Assembly: GCA_951406725.2 (NCBI GenBank)
Contig: OX597829.1
Location: 36,828,001-36,892,000 of the forward strand
From: Octopus vulgaris
Taxonomy: Eukaryota
Direction: 5' to 3'
Length of the DNA stretch: 64,000 nucleotides
The stretch's first letter is position 1. Each line of letters starts with the position of its first letter. Positions 12,670-24,796 of the stretch are shown here, piece after piece. The notes beneath the pieces were generated by a model, which worked only from the letters and a program-made list of their open reading frames with translations, was not told the DNA's origin and did no database searches. A program made the position numbers and the translations under genes.

Positions 12670-13547
12670 GTGTGGTCTGATCAATAGGTATCCAAACTGT
12701 TGCCATAGTAATGAATCTAAACCATACATAGTAAAGCCGCTTGGCAAAGATTGACCTTCAGCTCTGCTATGCACGCACACTATATTTTAACATTATACCT
12801 CATTTCCACTGTTTATAGCAGTGCTTGGAAGGAAGGTGTGTAGCATGTGATCATCACATTGACCATGAGAGAGAAAGATCAGCAGAGAATCTGCATCAAA
12901 TTTTGCCAAAAGCTTAGAGGCCTATGCAGAGTTTTCAGAAAGTTTTCATCGATCTCAACACAAACAAGATCTTGTGCAACTGAAACCCCGAGTGTTTTTT
13001 CAGTTAACTGAAAGTAGTTTTGGCACAAACTTGGCAGACATGCATCTCATACTCAAATCTTCAGTGATAACAGACTGAACTGAACCGTAACTAATCTGCA
13101 CATACTCTGACAACGAATGGTGATTCAACGATTCCTCTCAAAGTTGCACGCACATTGCAATGTTTTTTCTCAGTTCTGCTGGTTGTGCGTCTCCCAGAAC
13201 ATTAATCAATATTGACATTTTTTTAGCCATCTTGGAAATGTCTGAACCACTCGTACACTTGTGTGCAGCTCATACACTCCTCTCCATGCACTTTCTGCAA
13301 CTTTGCCTTGGCCTCTGAGCAGGTATCACCATGACAACTTTTTTCTGCCATGGTCAATGTAACAATCACACACTACACACTTTCCTTCCAAGCACTGCTG
13401 TAAACAATGGAAGTGAGATAGAATGTTAAAACTTAGTACACGTGCACAGCAGAGTTCAAGGTTAATCTCTGCCAAGCAGCTTTCCTCTGCATGCTTTGGT
13501 TTCGTTACTATGGCAAAAGTCCAGATACTTATTGATCAGACATCGTG
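12670..13547. mobile_element. Mariner-derived fold-back element with ~190-bp inverted arms
   Basis: tctgatcaataggtat at the left end and atacttattgatcaga at the right; both arms lead into transposase N-terminal sequence. Confidence 0.8.
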
Positions 13548-13608
13548 TATAATATATATGTGTGTGTGTATAATAAAATTAAACAATTCATTTTATTTCT
13601 TTTTACAG

Positions 13609-13805
13609 ATCAAGAAGAAAAGGTCAGAGATGCCATGAAAGGTTTTCAATTACCAGTAGGTAACATTCCTGAGTGGGCCCTTAACATTCCTGAAGATAAA
13701 TGGAAAGAGCATTTGTTGTCAAAACTTCACCAGCTGGAAAACAAAGATACAGACCATAAGAGCAACAGCAAAAATGATTCTCATCCAAGTTCTTCATTAA
13801 ACTGA
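13609..13805 (+). CDS. MEA1: Male-enhanced antigen 1-like protein, last coding exon (upstream exons not found in window)
   Basis: Acceptor ttttatttctttttacAG (13607-13608), phase 1. Peptide DQEEKVRDAMKGFQLPVGNIPEWALNIPEDKWKEHLL matches the MEA1 C-terminal motif (M..LP...P.WA..I....W). TGA at 13803-13805. Confidence 0.8.
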
Positions 13806-14125
13806 ATTTTACCTTTTTTTTTTTTTTTTTATAAAACTCATCCACAAACATACATTTATAAAACAATATTTATACACACATATTCATGCCACAGTATTTA
13901 TACACCCAGTTATCAGCAAGTGTTCATACATACACAAAAAATCAATATAAAAGGATTTATATCTGTAGCAATATTGAATCACGTGAGATTAATATTAATT
14001 TTTTTATCAAAGTCAGTTAGATGAACATACAATCAGACTAATATGAGACCAATAAATAAACTAACATATTTTGGAATATAAAGAAATATACAAAATACCA
14101 CACACACACACACACAGTCTCTCTC

Positions 14126-14176
<51 letters not shown>

Positions 14177-15012
14177 GAAGGTAGGAAGAAAGGGTATTTC
14201 CCAAGCAGCAGTCAACCCAAGCTTTAGGCTATCTACTCTCTCAGATTCCAGACTAATATCGAAAATCTTCAGGTATAGAAAATCCTGGTTTCACACAACT
14301 TTGTGTGAGTTTAACGATGAATAAAATATAATCCATTTAAGTAGACAAAGAAAGACTTCAACACAACTTTAATGATCAGTTACAATTGTTTCTATACCAA
14401 TACTGTTTTCAAAACCGGCTGATGCAAAAGTTCCAAGTAAAATTTATGTAATATTTGCAGTTTTAAACATTAGAGTGGCACTTCTTCAGACCTGCATCAA
14501 AGGTGTGCTCCTATAAATATCTATATATGCAACTCCCGAAGCAATACTGGAACAGTTCTCAACCTGTTTTTATGTTTCATTATATATCCACCTTCTTAGA
14601 AGTAAATCCACTCTTGTGAGTAAGGGTTTTTTTTTTAACCTATTGCTGCTTTTTAATAAATGATTTTGCTGTTATATCAAACTTATTCACACAGACTTTT
14701 TCAGTCAACTGTTTCTATATAAAAGGTATTTATAAGCTGCTTTATATACATCTTTTCATTTTGAATAATATTAAAACTTTAGTAGCATAACAAATGTCAT
14801 CACACTGTGGCTAATAGTAACTCTTAAGTGTGACTTCTTATGCAATATCATAGAAATATGTTATCTAATTTTTATTTTAAAGCATAATTAAAAATTAGAA
14901 AAAGAATTTAAAAGTTAGTTTATAAAGCAGCATATTTGAATATATATAAATATTGTTGCAATATATAGTGTAAACTATATATTGTTGCAATATATACTAT
15001 AAATTATTTTGT

Positions 15013-15018
15013 AATAAA
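15013..15018 (+). promoter_or_regulatory. Candidate polyadenylation signal of MEA1-like gene
   Basis: AATAAA followed by GT/T-rich sequence; an alternative AATAAA lies at 14051. Confidence 0.35.
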
Positions 15019-15741
15019 ATGATGTAACAAGTTGCTGTCTTTTTCATTTCAAGACTTCATTTTTGGAAGAGTTTCATTCTGATTTTTCTTCAGTGTAATT
15101 ATCTTATATAAAATTGTAGAAAAAGTAGACACATTGCTTTGATATGAGGAGTAAAAAAATCCAGTGTTTCAGACGTGTATGTAGGAGAGAGAGAGAGAGG
15201 ATATTAAGGTTGATATATCATATGCCTTCTTCAATCATAATTAATTTTGTCAATGCAAACCTCTATCAGTTTCCTTGGATTCTAAATCCATAACTTTTTA
15301 GTTTGTAGTTTCTTATACATGGATAATGACAATAGTGATGAAACTTATTAACAGTAGGGTTTTAAAAGATTTGATTTCGAAACAAAGACAGCAATATAAA
15401 AATAAACCTTTTTTTTTTTTTCTGAAATTCATGCCTGTTCTTTTATGGAACATATGCTAGAAGTTTATGAGTAAGGAGGAAGAAATGAAAGGTCACTATG
15501 TAAAGAAGAAGAATTAAATGACGGAAACAGAAGGTAAGGGCAAAGTGTCAGAGTAAAAGTATTACAAAAAAAGAACAGTCTCTGATAAAATACATGGACA
15601 CCAGCATTATACAGATTTTAGGGCACAATGATAGGAAATGAAAGAAAAGTTTAAAAAAAGAGAAGAAAAAAATTCTTAAAATTTCTTTGAAATTACTAAG
15701 CATAGTAAAACAATGAGGAAATAATAAAGATGATAATGGCA

Positions 15742-16110
15742 ATAGGAGTGGCTGTGTGGTAAATAGCTTGTTTACAAACCACATGGTTCTGGGTTCAGTC
15801 CCACTGTGTGGCACATTGGGCAAGTGTCTTCTATTATAGCCTCAGGCTGACCAAAGCCTTGTGAGTGGATTTGGTAGACGGAAACTGAAAGAAGCCCGTG
15901 GTATATATGTGTGTTTGTCCCCCCTAATATCGCTTGACAACCGATGCTGGTGTGTTTACGTCCCCATAACTTGGCGGTTTGGCAAAAGAGACCGATAGAA
16001 TAAGTACTAGGCTTACAAAGAATAAGTCCTGGGGTCAATTTGCTTGACTAAAGGCGGTACTCCAGCATGGCCACAGTCAGAGGACTGAAACAAGTAAAAG
16101 AGAGTAAAGA
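15742..16110 (+). mobile_element. tRNA-derived composite SINE
   Basis: A/B-box-like head (tggctgtgtggt..ggttcagtcc) and tail ccagcatggccacagtc..gactgaaacaagtaaaag; inverted copy at 29915-30292. Confidence 0.85.
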
Positions 16111-16697
16111 GCAATATTAATTTCTTACAAGGGCAAGAAGTGGCAAATTTTGTGGGAGTGGGGTTATTCAATTAAATAGAACCCAGTACATTATTTTGTA
16201 AACACTGAATAAAATGTAAGTTAAAGTTGACATCAGTGGGATTTGAACACAAAATGTAAAGAGCTAGAAGAAATATTGCAAAAAATATGTTAAATATGCT
16301 ACCAATTCTGCCAATCCACCACCCTTGATAATAATGAAAGTTTCTTTCTGTCCCTGTATTAAACTAATTTTGCTTGCTTCTAAGTATTTTTCTACACATG
16401 CTATTGTTACTTTTTAATAACTCTATTTTTATGGGGCTTTGTCTTCCTTGTGTACGGATAGGTGTATCATCTGTATCAGCTTCACTCAAGTGGATTCTGG
16501 ATGCAATTAGTAGTTCTCTAATTTTCTTACTTTGGCTTTTCTATTTACTGAGCTAAAGCTGTTATTTATGACTGGGCAGCTACAGCTAGCATATTTAACC
16601 AATACCTTACTTCTAGCATTAAGTTCAGATTTATTAGCCAGACTTTTCCAGAGTACACATCTTATTTTTCCTTTATTTTTGCATTGTATCTTTTAGT

Positions 16698-17630
16698 TTC
16701 ATCATCATCATCATTTATTGTCCATGTTGACATGGGTTGAACAATTTGACCAGGGCTGAGGAGCTGCACCATACTCCCATCTGATTTGGCATGGTTTCTA
16801 TGGCTGGATGCCCTTTCTAACACCAACCGCTCCAATAGTGTAATGGGTGCTTTTACATGCTACTAGCATAGGTGCCCGTTGTGTGACCCCAGTATCTGCC
16901 ACAATTACAATTTCACTTGGCTTGATGGGTCTTCTTCTCAAGCACAGCATATTGCCAAAGGTCTCAGTCATCTGTCATTGCCTCCATGAAGCCCAATGCT
17001 CGAAGGGTGCTTTTTTACATAACAACAGTATCAGTCACATTGCCTCTGTAAGAACCAATGCTCGAAAGGTGCTTTTTACATGCTACCAGCATGGGTGCCA
17101 GTTACATGACATCGACAACAGCCACAACTATAATTTCACTTGGCTTGACAGGCCTTTTCAAGCACAGTATATTGCCAAAGGTCTTGGTCACTAGTCATTG
17201 CCTCTGTGAGACCCAATGTTCAAAAATCAAGCTTCACCACCTTATCCTGTGTCTTCCTCAGTTTCCCTCCAGTTAGAAATCAGCACTTCTTCAAACAGCT
17301 ATCCACATTCATCTGCATCACATGACAATACCAATGCAGTTGTCTCTCTTGCTCAACATCTGATGCCTCTTATCCCCAACTTTTCTCTCCATCCAGTGAA
17401 GCATATTGGCTTCATTTCTTTCAAGCCTATGCATATCCTCAACAGCCACAGCTCATATTTCACTGCCATGAAGCATAGCTGTTTGCACACAGGCATCAAA
17501 CAATGTGCTATCACTCTGAAGGAAAGACCCTCTGTTACCAACAGAGGTAGGAGCTTTCTGAACTTTACCCAGCCTATTCTTATTGTAGCAGCTAAGCTCT
17601 TGGAGCACCCACCTCGGCTACTGACTTGGT
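16698..17630 (-). mobile_element. RTE LINE 3' fragment with tail
   Basis: (CAT)n terminus and RTE C-terminal coding relic (EGLSFRV..REKLGIRGIRC). Confidence 0.75.
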
Positions 17631-18125
17631 CATCTCATGTATTTATTCGTATTGGGAGATCTAGTTTAATTCCATGGATTCAGTCCCAAAATTTCATTTT
17701 TTGTCAGTTTAAGTCATTTGCTACTCAGCATATTTGTCTAATACCATTTGCATTTTCATATCACAACTGAATTTATTTGGAGGAGAAGAAGAAGAAGGAA
17801 GAAAGAAGGCGAAAAAGAAGATGAAAAATAAGTAAATGAAATAAAGATAAAAATATAAATAATTATAAAAGTAAAGATAAAGATAAGACTAATAGTAATT
17901 GAGCACAGAGGGAGAAGGAGAGTTAAGTCCATCAAGAATAAAGAAATGCTATATTTTAGAGGGATCAATATTGTTGTGACTTGTCAAAAGGTGACAGGTA
18001 GGGTGCTGACTGATTTGAGGTCACCTGTTCAGTTCTCAAACACACACACATATACACATACATATACTAATATACATACATGCCTCTTAACTCTTATACC
18101 TTTGCATGTACATATATACACACAC

Positions 18126-18162
<37 letters not shown>

Positions 18163-19084
18163 CATACAAATACATACACATAAACACACACATATATAGC
18201 ATCGTATATTATCAACAGCTGTTTCCAGTAAATATTGGTGCATTGTTGTACCACTATACTACATTTATACTTTAACCTGATGGTGCTTTGTTTTACCAGG
18301 AAGCAATACTACTGTATTGCACTGTTTCATAATTTTTTCTTTCAAAAATTTTTCACTATTCTCCATCGATTAACGGTCAGGCATTCAGACAAGTAATATT
18401 GGCATTTCATTTTTGGATTTGGTTTGCCAGATTCTTTATATGAGTTTGTGTGTTGAAGCATATTCTGTTGTGTCATTTTCTTTTTGTGCCTTATAATATA
18501 ACACACTCACTGGGAAAATTTCCACTTTTTTCTTATTTTTATTTTCCTAAAATTTTACCAGTGAGTGTGTTATATTATAAGGCACAAAAAGAAAATGACT
18601 CTCCCCAGACACAACAGAATACTGGCATTGATGTAGTAACATTTGAAATTTTGTCTAGGTGAATCTAGCTGAAGAGAACTAATCAAATTTACATTAACAA
18701 AGGTAATTTGGAAAGTTCAAAACCTCAGTCCTAGATTATCCACATCTGGGTTGTACATTTATCTAGTGTTCTTCCTTCAGGTGAGATGAAATTTTTTAAT
18801 GTTTGCCACTCACCACATCTTTGCCAGTGTATATATACAGTGAAGCTTTACTATAGCATCGTATATTATTGACTGCTATTTCCAGTAAATATTGGTGCAT
18901 TGTTGTACCACTACCCTACATTTATATGTGTGTGTGTGTGTATGTGTGTATATATATAATATGTATATATATACACACACACACACACATATATACATAC
19001 ACACATGTACATATATACTAACATATGCATATACACACGCATATGTAGATCTACACTACACATACACACATACATGCATTTGAT

Positions 19085-19560
19085 CAGCAACTTATTATAT
19101 ATATAGTTCAAACTTTTGTGCAAAATGATACCAAGCTATATCCAGGACAATATGGACTTTTTAAACTACATACCCAAAAATGTCCAGCAGGAGTCAATTC
19201 TTGTTGGTTTTGATGTAACTAGTCTATACACTAATATTCTACATGACCTAGAAATTGAAGCTATAATTTCTGGTTAACAAAGCACCTGAATCATATCATG
19301 GAAAGATTCTCAAAAACCTACATTTTAGAAGGATAAAATTAATACTGGAATATAATCACTTTTTCTTCAACCACGACTTTCAAATAAAAGGAATGGCGAT
19401 GGTGGGAAAAGTAGCCCCCACTTATGCAACACTCATAATGTAGAGGTCAAACTCTGTTCCCAACTAACAGAAACATTTGATGAGCAATTCTCCATTTATA
19501 CAACAAAAAAAAGCAATTGGAAATGGTATTTGGATGACTGTTTTATATTTTGAACCAAAA
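19085..19560 (+). mobile_element. Penelope-like RT core relic (Neptune-like)
   Basis: Manual translation gives SYIQDNMDFL..LVGFDVTSLYTNI, QIKGMAMVGKVAPTYATLIM and WKWYLDDCFIF, with stops and frameshifts. Confidence 0.8.
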
Positions 19561-19679
19561 ACCAAGAAAACTCGCAAGTGCATTTACATCCACTTATTTT
19601 CAACCTGTACTTTATGCAATTTCATTCAAGGTCTGTCTATGGAAGCAAACTAATTTTACGTATGTTTGGCTAACATTAT

Positions 19680-19795
19680 TTAGATCAGACTGGAGCCTGG
19701 AGCAGCCCCTGGCTTCCCAGACCCCGGTCGAACCATCCAACCCATGCTAGCGCGGAAAACGGACGTTAAACGATGATGATGATGATGATGATGAT
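19680..19795 (+). mobile_element. Short RTE 3' tail copy
   Basis: ccaacccatgctagc..ggacgttaaac(gat)n. Confidence 0.8.
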
Positions 19796-20219
19796 ATATA
19801 TATATATATATACTTTATTTAAACAGCAGAAAATTCAACAAAACCTGTTACTCTGAGTTTCCCGTTGCCGTTCATCAAACAGTTTTTTCTAGATATATAT
19901 ATATACTAGCTTACAAGCTGCCCTAGCAGGCAACTTTTAAGCTAGTATATAGCTTTTAAGCAACTTACCCCAAATGGGAAGATCTGCAAACAGATCTTGT
20001 GTTGGAGAATTTGTTGCAATTACTTCCTCCAGATCCATATCCCAATGATGATCATATTTGCTGCAAAAAATCATGTAAAAAAAAATCGATGAAAACAATT
20101 TCAGTAACGAAAACATAAGAATCCAAACTTTCAGGATTGCAGTTCCAGATTCAGCCTGGAATGTTTTAATTTATTCAAGGAGTTGGCCTTTAGATTATAA
20201 AAATTGCTATCATGCAATT

Positions 20220-21810
20220 AACTGAGGACTGGTGAACCAGATGGCTGCACCAGGCTCCAAACTTGATCTGCCAGAGTTTCTACAGTTGGATGCCCTTCCT
20301 AATGCCAACCACTCCAAGAGTGTAGAGGGTACTTTTACGTGCCACTGGCACGAGGGCCAGTCAAGTGGTACTGGCAATGGCCATGCTCAAATGGTGCTTT
20401 TTATGTGCCACCTGCACAAGAGCCAGTCCAGCGGCACTGGCAACAATCTCGCTCAAATGTTTTTTTCACGTGCCACCAGCACAAGTGCCAGTAAGGCGAT
20501 GCAGGTAATGATCACGCTCGAATGGTGTTTTTTATGTGCCACTGGCAAGGAGGCCAGCTAGCTCTTCTGGCAACAATCACGCTCGGATGGTACTCTTAGC
20601 GCTCCACTAGCACGGGTGCCAGTCATCGAATTTTGATTTCGATTTCACTCGCCTCAACAGGTCTTTGCAAGCAGAGTTTAGTGTCCAATGAAGGAACGGT
20701 ACTCATAAGTGGGCTGGTTACACCCCTGGCATAGGCCACAAGGTTATGGTCTCACTTGAGCTTGCCGAGTTTTCTCAAGCACAGCATATTTCCAAAGGTC
20801 CCAGTCACTAGTCATTGCCTCAGTGAGGCCCAATGTTCAAAGGTCATGCTTCACCACCTCATCCCAGGTCTTCCTGGGTCTACCTCTTCCACAGGTTCCC
20901 TCAACCACTATGGTGTGGCACTTTTCACACAGCTATCCTCATCCATTCTCACCACATGACCATACCAGCACAGTCGTCTCTCTTGCACACCACATCTGAT
21001 GCTTCTTAGGTCCAACTTTTCTCTCAAGGTACTTACACTCTGTTAAGTATCCACACAGACATTACACATCCATTGGAGCATACTGGCTTCATTCCTTGCA
21101 AGCTTACACATATCCTCAGCTGTCATGGCCCATGTTTCACTGCCATGTAGCATGGCTGTTCATACAATCTACCTTTTACTCTGAGCAAGAGGCCCTTTGT
21201 CACCAGCAGAGGTAAGAGCTCTCTGAACTTTGCCCAGGCTATTCTTATTCTAGCAGCTACACTTGGTCACCTAGGTAACAGAAGCTACTTCTAGTTTTTC
21301 TTTGTGTGATGTGGCAGAAGTTGTTCTCTGCACATTTTCAGTGTTTATTGCTCCTGAGCATCTGCCACATACAAAAACTATCTTCCTAGTTAGCCTTCCT
21401 TTGATATTGCTGCACCTCTTATGTATCCATAGCTCACACTGGGTACATCTTATAGAGTTTCTACCTACGCCTTTTCTACAGATTGAGCAGGGCCATCTAC
21501 CTGAAGGGATTTGTGGTTTGCCTGCCTTCCTACTTATTTGGACTTTGGTTTGAGCTAGGTTGACTCTAAGGCCCTTCAATTCTAATCCTCGTTTCCACAC
21601 TTGAAACTTCTCCTCTAGTTCTGATAGTGACTTAGCAATTAGAGCAAGGTCGTCAGCATAGAGGAGCTCCCAGGGGCATCCTGTCTTAAATTCCTCTGTT
21701 GTTGTCTGGAGGACTATGATAAATAGGAGGAAGCTGAGGACTGAACCTTGGTGGACACCTACCTTTACCCGGAATTCTTCACTGTACTTGTTGCCAACTC
21801 TCACCTTACA
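20220..21810 (-). mobile_element. 5'-truncated RTE LINE (RT C-terminal half plus 3' UTR)
   Basis: ORF 21271-21816 contains GVHQGSVLS..ELLYADDL plus a Cys-rich finger; 3' UTR carries the ~60-bp repeats. Confidence 0.92.
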
Positions 21811-23830
21811 ACTCAATCAGTCTTTTCCTGACTATGCGCTCCATGACTTTACTGAGATGGGAGGTCAAGGAGACAGGTCTATAATTCCTAGCTTCTGCCC
21901 AGCATCCCCCCTTATGGATAGGGCATATTATTCCCTCTTTTAGTTTTTTGGGGAGTTTCCCCATCCTAAGGGACTCCTGGAAAAGGATTTGAAGCAGTCT
22001 AGTTAGAGCTCTTTTACATTTATTAGGAGGATTGCAGGGAATCCATCAGGGCCTGTTGCCGAGCTCAGCTTTTCAATAGCTGATATCACATCAGTTTCCT
22101 TTATGTTGGTCAATAGTTGCCATTTCACAGTGTTTGTCTTCGGGGTCAAAGAACCTATTTGGCACAGTCACTCATAGTTTTCCCATTGGTATGCAGAAAG
22201 CACTCTTGTATTGTGCATTCAGTAATTCACTGATCCTCTGGGGGTCTGCAGTTGGTGAGCCATTTTCATCTAGTAGCAGTTCTATTTTGTAATGCACTGA
22301 AGCAGATTCTTTCGCATATCTATAGTCCTGGCTTCCTTTTCTGCCCTTTCCTTTTTCATGGGAATGTTTGATTGTGTTTTCAATCTCAAGCAAGGTGCAT
22401 TCGAGGTGGAGCCGTTTGAAATATTTTAGATGTCCCTTCAGACAGTTTAAGATTTTTGCTCTTCATTTCATTAGTACCCTCCTATCTCTGGGTATTATAT
22501 TTTTCTTTGCCTGTTGATTTGGTGTTCTCTTTGGAGTAAACTTACTGCAGATATCATAAATAGTTGCCATGAAGTTCTGTAGTTTCATGTCAATGTTTTC
22601 CCCAGAGAGGATGGTGGACCAGTTACATTTCAGGACCTCTTTCTCAATGCCTTTCCAGTCAGCTTTGTGGAAATTCAGGCTAGAGGTGAGATGAGCATTT
22701 CTAGTATTTCGTATGTCCATAGTCATTTGTGGTCCATACATAACTAATTCTATTAAATTATGGTCCGAAAAAAGCATCTGTGTCACTTTCATGTCATGTG
22801 TAAGAGCCGAGCTGTTTGTGAAACATAGGTCCAGGATATTCTTTCGCCTTGTAGGGTGATGCACCATCTGCTCCATAAAGAGTGCGTCAGTGAAGTCAAG
22901 CAAAGACTCTGCATGCTTCCAATTTTGAAGTGACATACTTGAAAGGGGACAACCCTCTGGCCATTTTACATGGGGGAGATTGAAATCCCCTAAGAGAAGC
23001 ATGTGCAGATCGTCGAGATTCATCAAAACATCTCTCATTGTTTGGAGGCCCTCTTCAAATGAATTCTCATGATCTGGTACATCTGGTGGGCGATATGTGG
23101 TACATATTACCAACCTCATCTGTTTAATGTGTACTACCAGAGTATCACATACAGTGTTGGAGTGCGACAAGAGTGCCATCATCTCGGATGTACATTGTCA
23201 CTCCTCCATGAGACCTTTCTCGTCTGTTGGTTCGTAGCATGACATACCCTGGTATGTGTACCTCGGCGTCTGATACATCTACATTTAGGTGTGTTTCTGT
23301 TAGTGACACGCATATTGCTTGATTACATGTCACAAGGTCTCTTAGGTATTGTGTTTTACGTTGGTGGAGTGTTATAAGGCCCCTGATGTTCAGAGAGAGT
23401 ATTGGTGTGAGTAGCAGGACGTCGGTGGTGTCCATGAGTCCGGCATGTGTGGTGGTGTCAGGGGTGGCCACCCTGGTTCCTTTTTATTGTTTGAGGTGGA
23501 CGTGGGTATTGATATGCACCTTGCATGTCAGGTGTCTGGCGAAGCTAGGTCAGCTGTTCCACAATTTTCTGTGTACTTCCAAAAAAGCCCGCTTTTGAGC
23601 AGCTGCCAACTGCACAGCATCAGTTGTCTGTTTCCCTCTAGGAGTTTTGCGCTTATCGTCAACATACTTCCATGGCGGTGGTATTGTATCTCGAGTCTTG
23701 CTATTGCGCTTTTTGTCTTGTGGTGATCTGTTCTGCTTAGCCTTCGGGTGATTAGGATGAGGGCAGCATGCCTGGGGCTTGGGATGAGCAAATTTGCAAA
23801 CTGATATGACACCGCAGAAATTGCATTCAC
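21811..23830 (-). mobile_element. CR1/Jockey-group LINE: ORF1 remnant, AP endonuclease and start of RT
   Basis: LSLNIRGL, LTETHL, YRPP, LLGDFNLP, LDLCFTN and SDHNLI; NYRPVSLTSHLSKVMERIV near 21830-21890. Confidence 0.88.
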
Positions 23831-24032
23831 CTCAATAGACGTCATTGATTGGTTGAAATTGCCGAAATGCAAGAAATCAAACAACAAATAGCTTACAAAC
23901 TACAGAATTTTCTCAAGAAAGCCAAGAGAGAAAGATGTTTTATGTAACACATTCTACCAGTATACGAAGTTTAAACGTGTTTAGTTTCAAAGAAATTATT
24001 TTTAAAATCTGCCGGTCAAAGTGAAAAGATCC
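23830..24032. mobile_element. Partial MITE, same family as 31961-32362 (inverted)
   Basis: Shares acacattctaccagtatacgaagttta and the terminus gaaaagatcc. Confidence 0.7.
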
Positions 24033-24147
24033 AAATATAAATTTCACATTTCTATATTTGCAATAAATGGTATTTTTCTAAATTTTACTGACACATTCGC
24101 AATCTACAGCCCAAAAATCTTTCTCTGTTTGACATATAAAAATTGTG

Positions 24148-24456
24148 GGCGTTCCTTCGTTTTGACTCAACAAAACTATAATGAGACCTCGGTTGTTTCC
24201 GTGACAACTCGGCCATTCACTTCAGATATCTTCGTGACCTCCTAAAATTTGCGGATTTTACAAGTAAGAACAAATATGCAAGGCTTTTTGCTGGCATAAT
24301 TTCGTTATATCTATATTCCACAACATATAAATACATAAAAACAGAACACGCACGCTGTTACGGAGGTCACGAAGATATCCGAAGGGAATTGTCGAGTTGA
24401 CACGGAAACAACCGAAGTCTTGTTATGGTTTTGTCGAGTTAAAACGAAGGAACGCC
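24148..24456. repeat. Palindromic MITE-like element upstream of LRRC47
   Basis: Inverted arms 24148-24242 and 24362-24456 (about 95 bp each). Confidence 0.85.
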
Positions 24457-24796
24457 AAAATGTGTATTTTCTTGAAATTATGAGAAATCTATGTTGCACC
24501 TTTCGTGTTAGCACTCTCAGTAGCTCTCTCTCTGTCTCTCTGACGAGCAAAATAGACATAACAACCAGCCTGAGAGAGTGGGGGAGAGAGAGAGAGAGAG
24601 AGAGAGTTCTGAGAGGAAGCTAGCTCTGTAAAGTGAGCATATTTTCTTCCTGAATAAAAGAAGTTAATAGAAAATATTGCATGATTAAATAAAATAATTA
24701 ATATTCCGTAAAATGGAGTAATATGTGTAATTGAATTAAATTTTATGACGTAGAATAAGTCCTTAGCTTTACTTCTAGCTTCACTTGTTTTCAAAT

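Noticed and set aside
14101-14174. (CA)n(CT)n tract downstream of the MEA1 stop
   Set aside because: Ordinary compound microsatellite.
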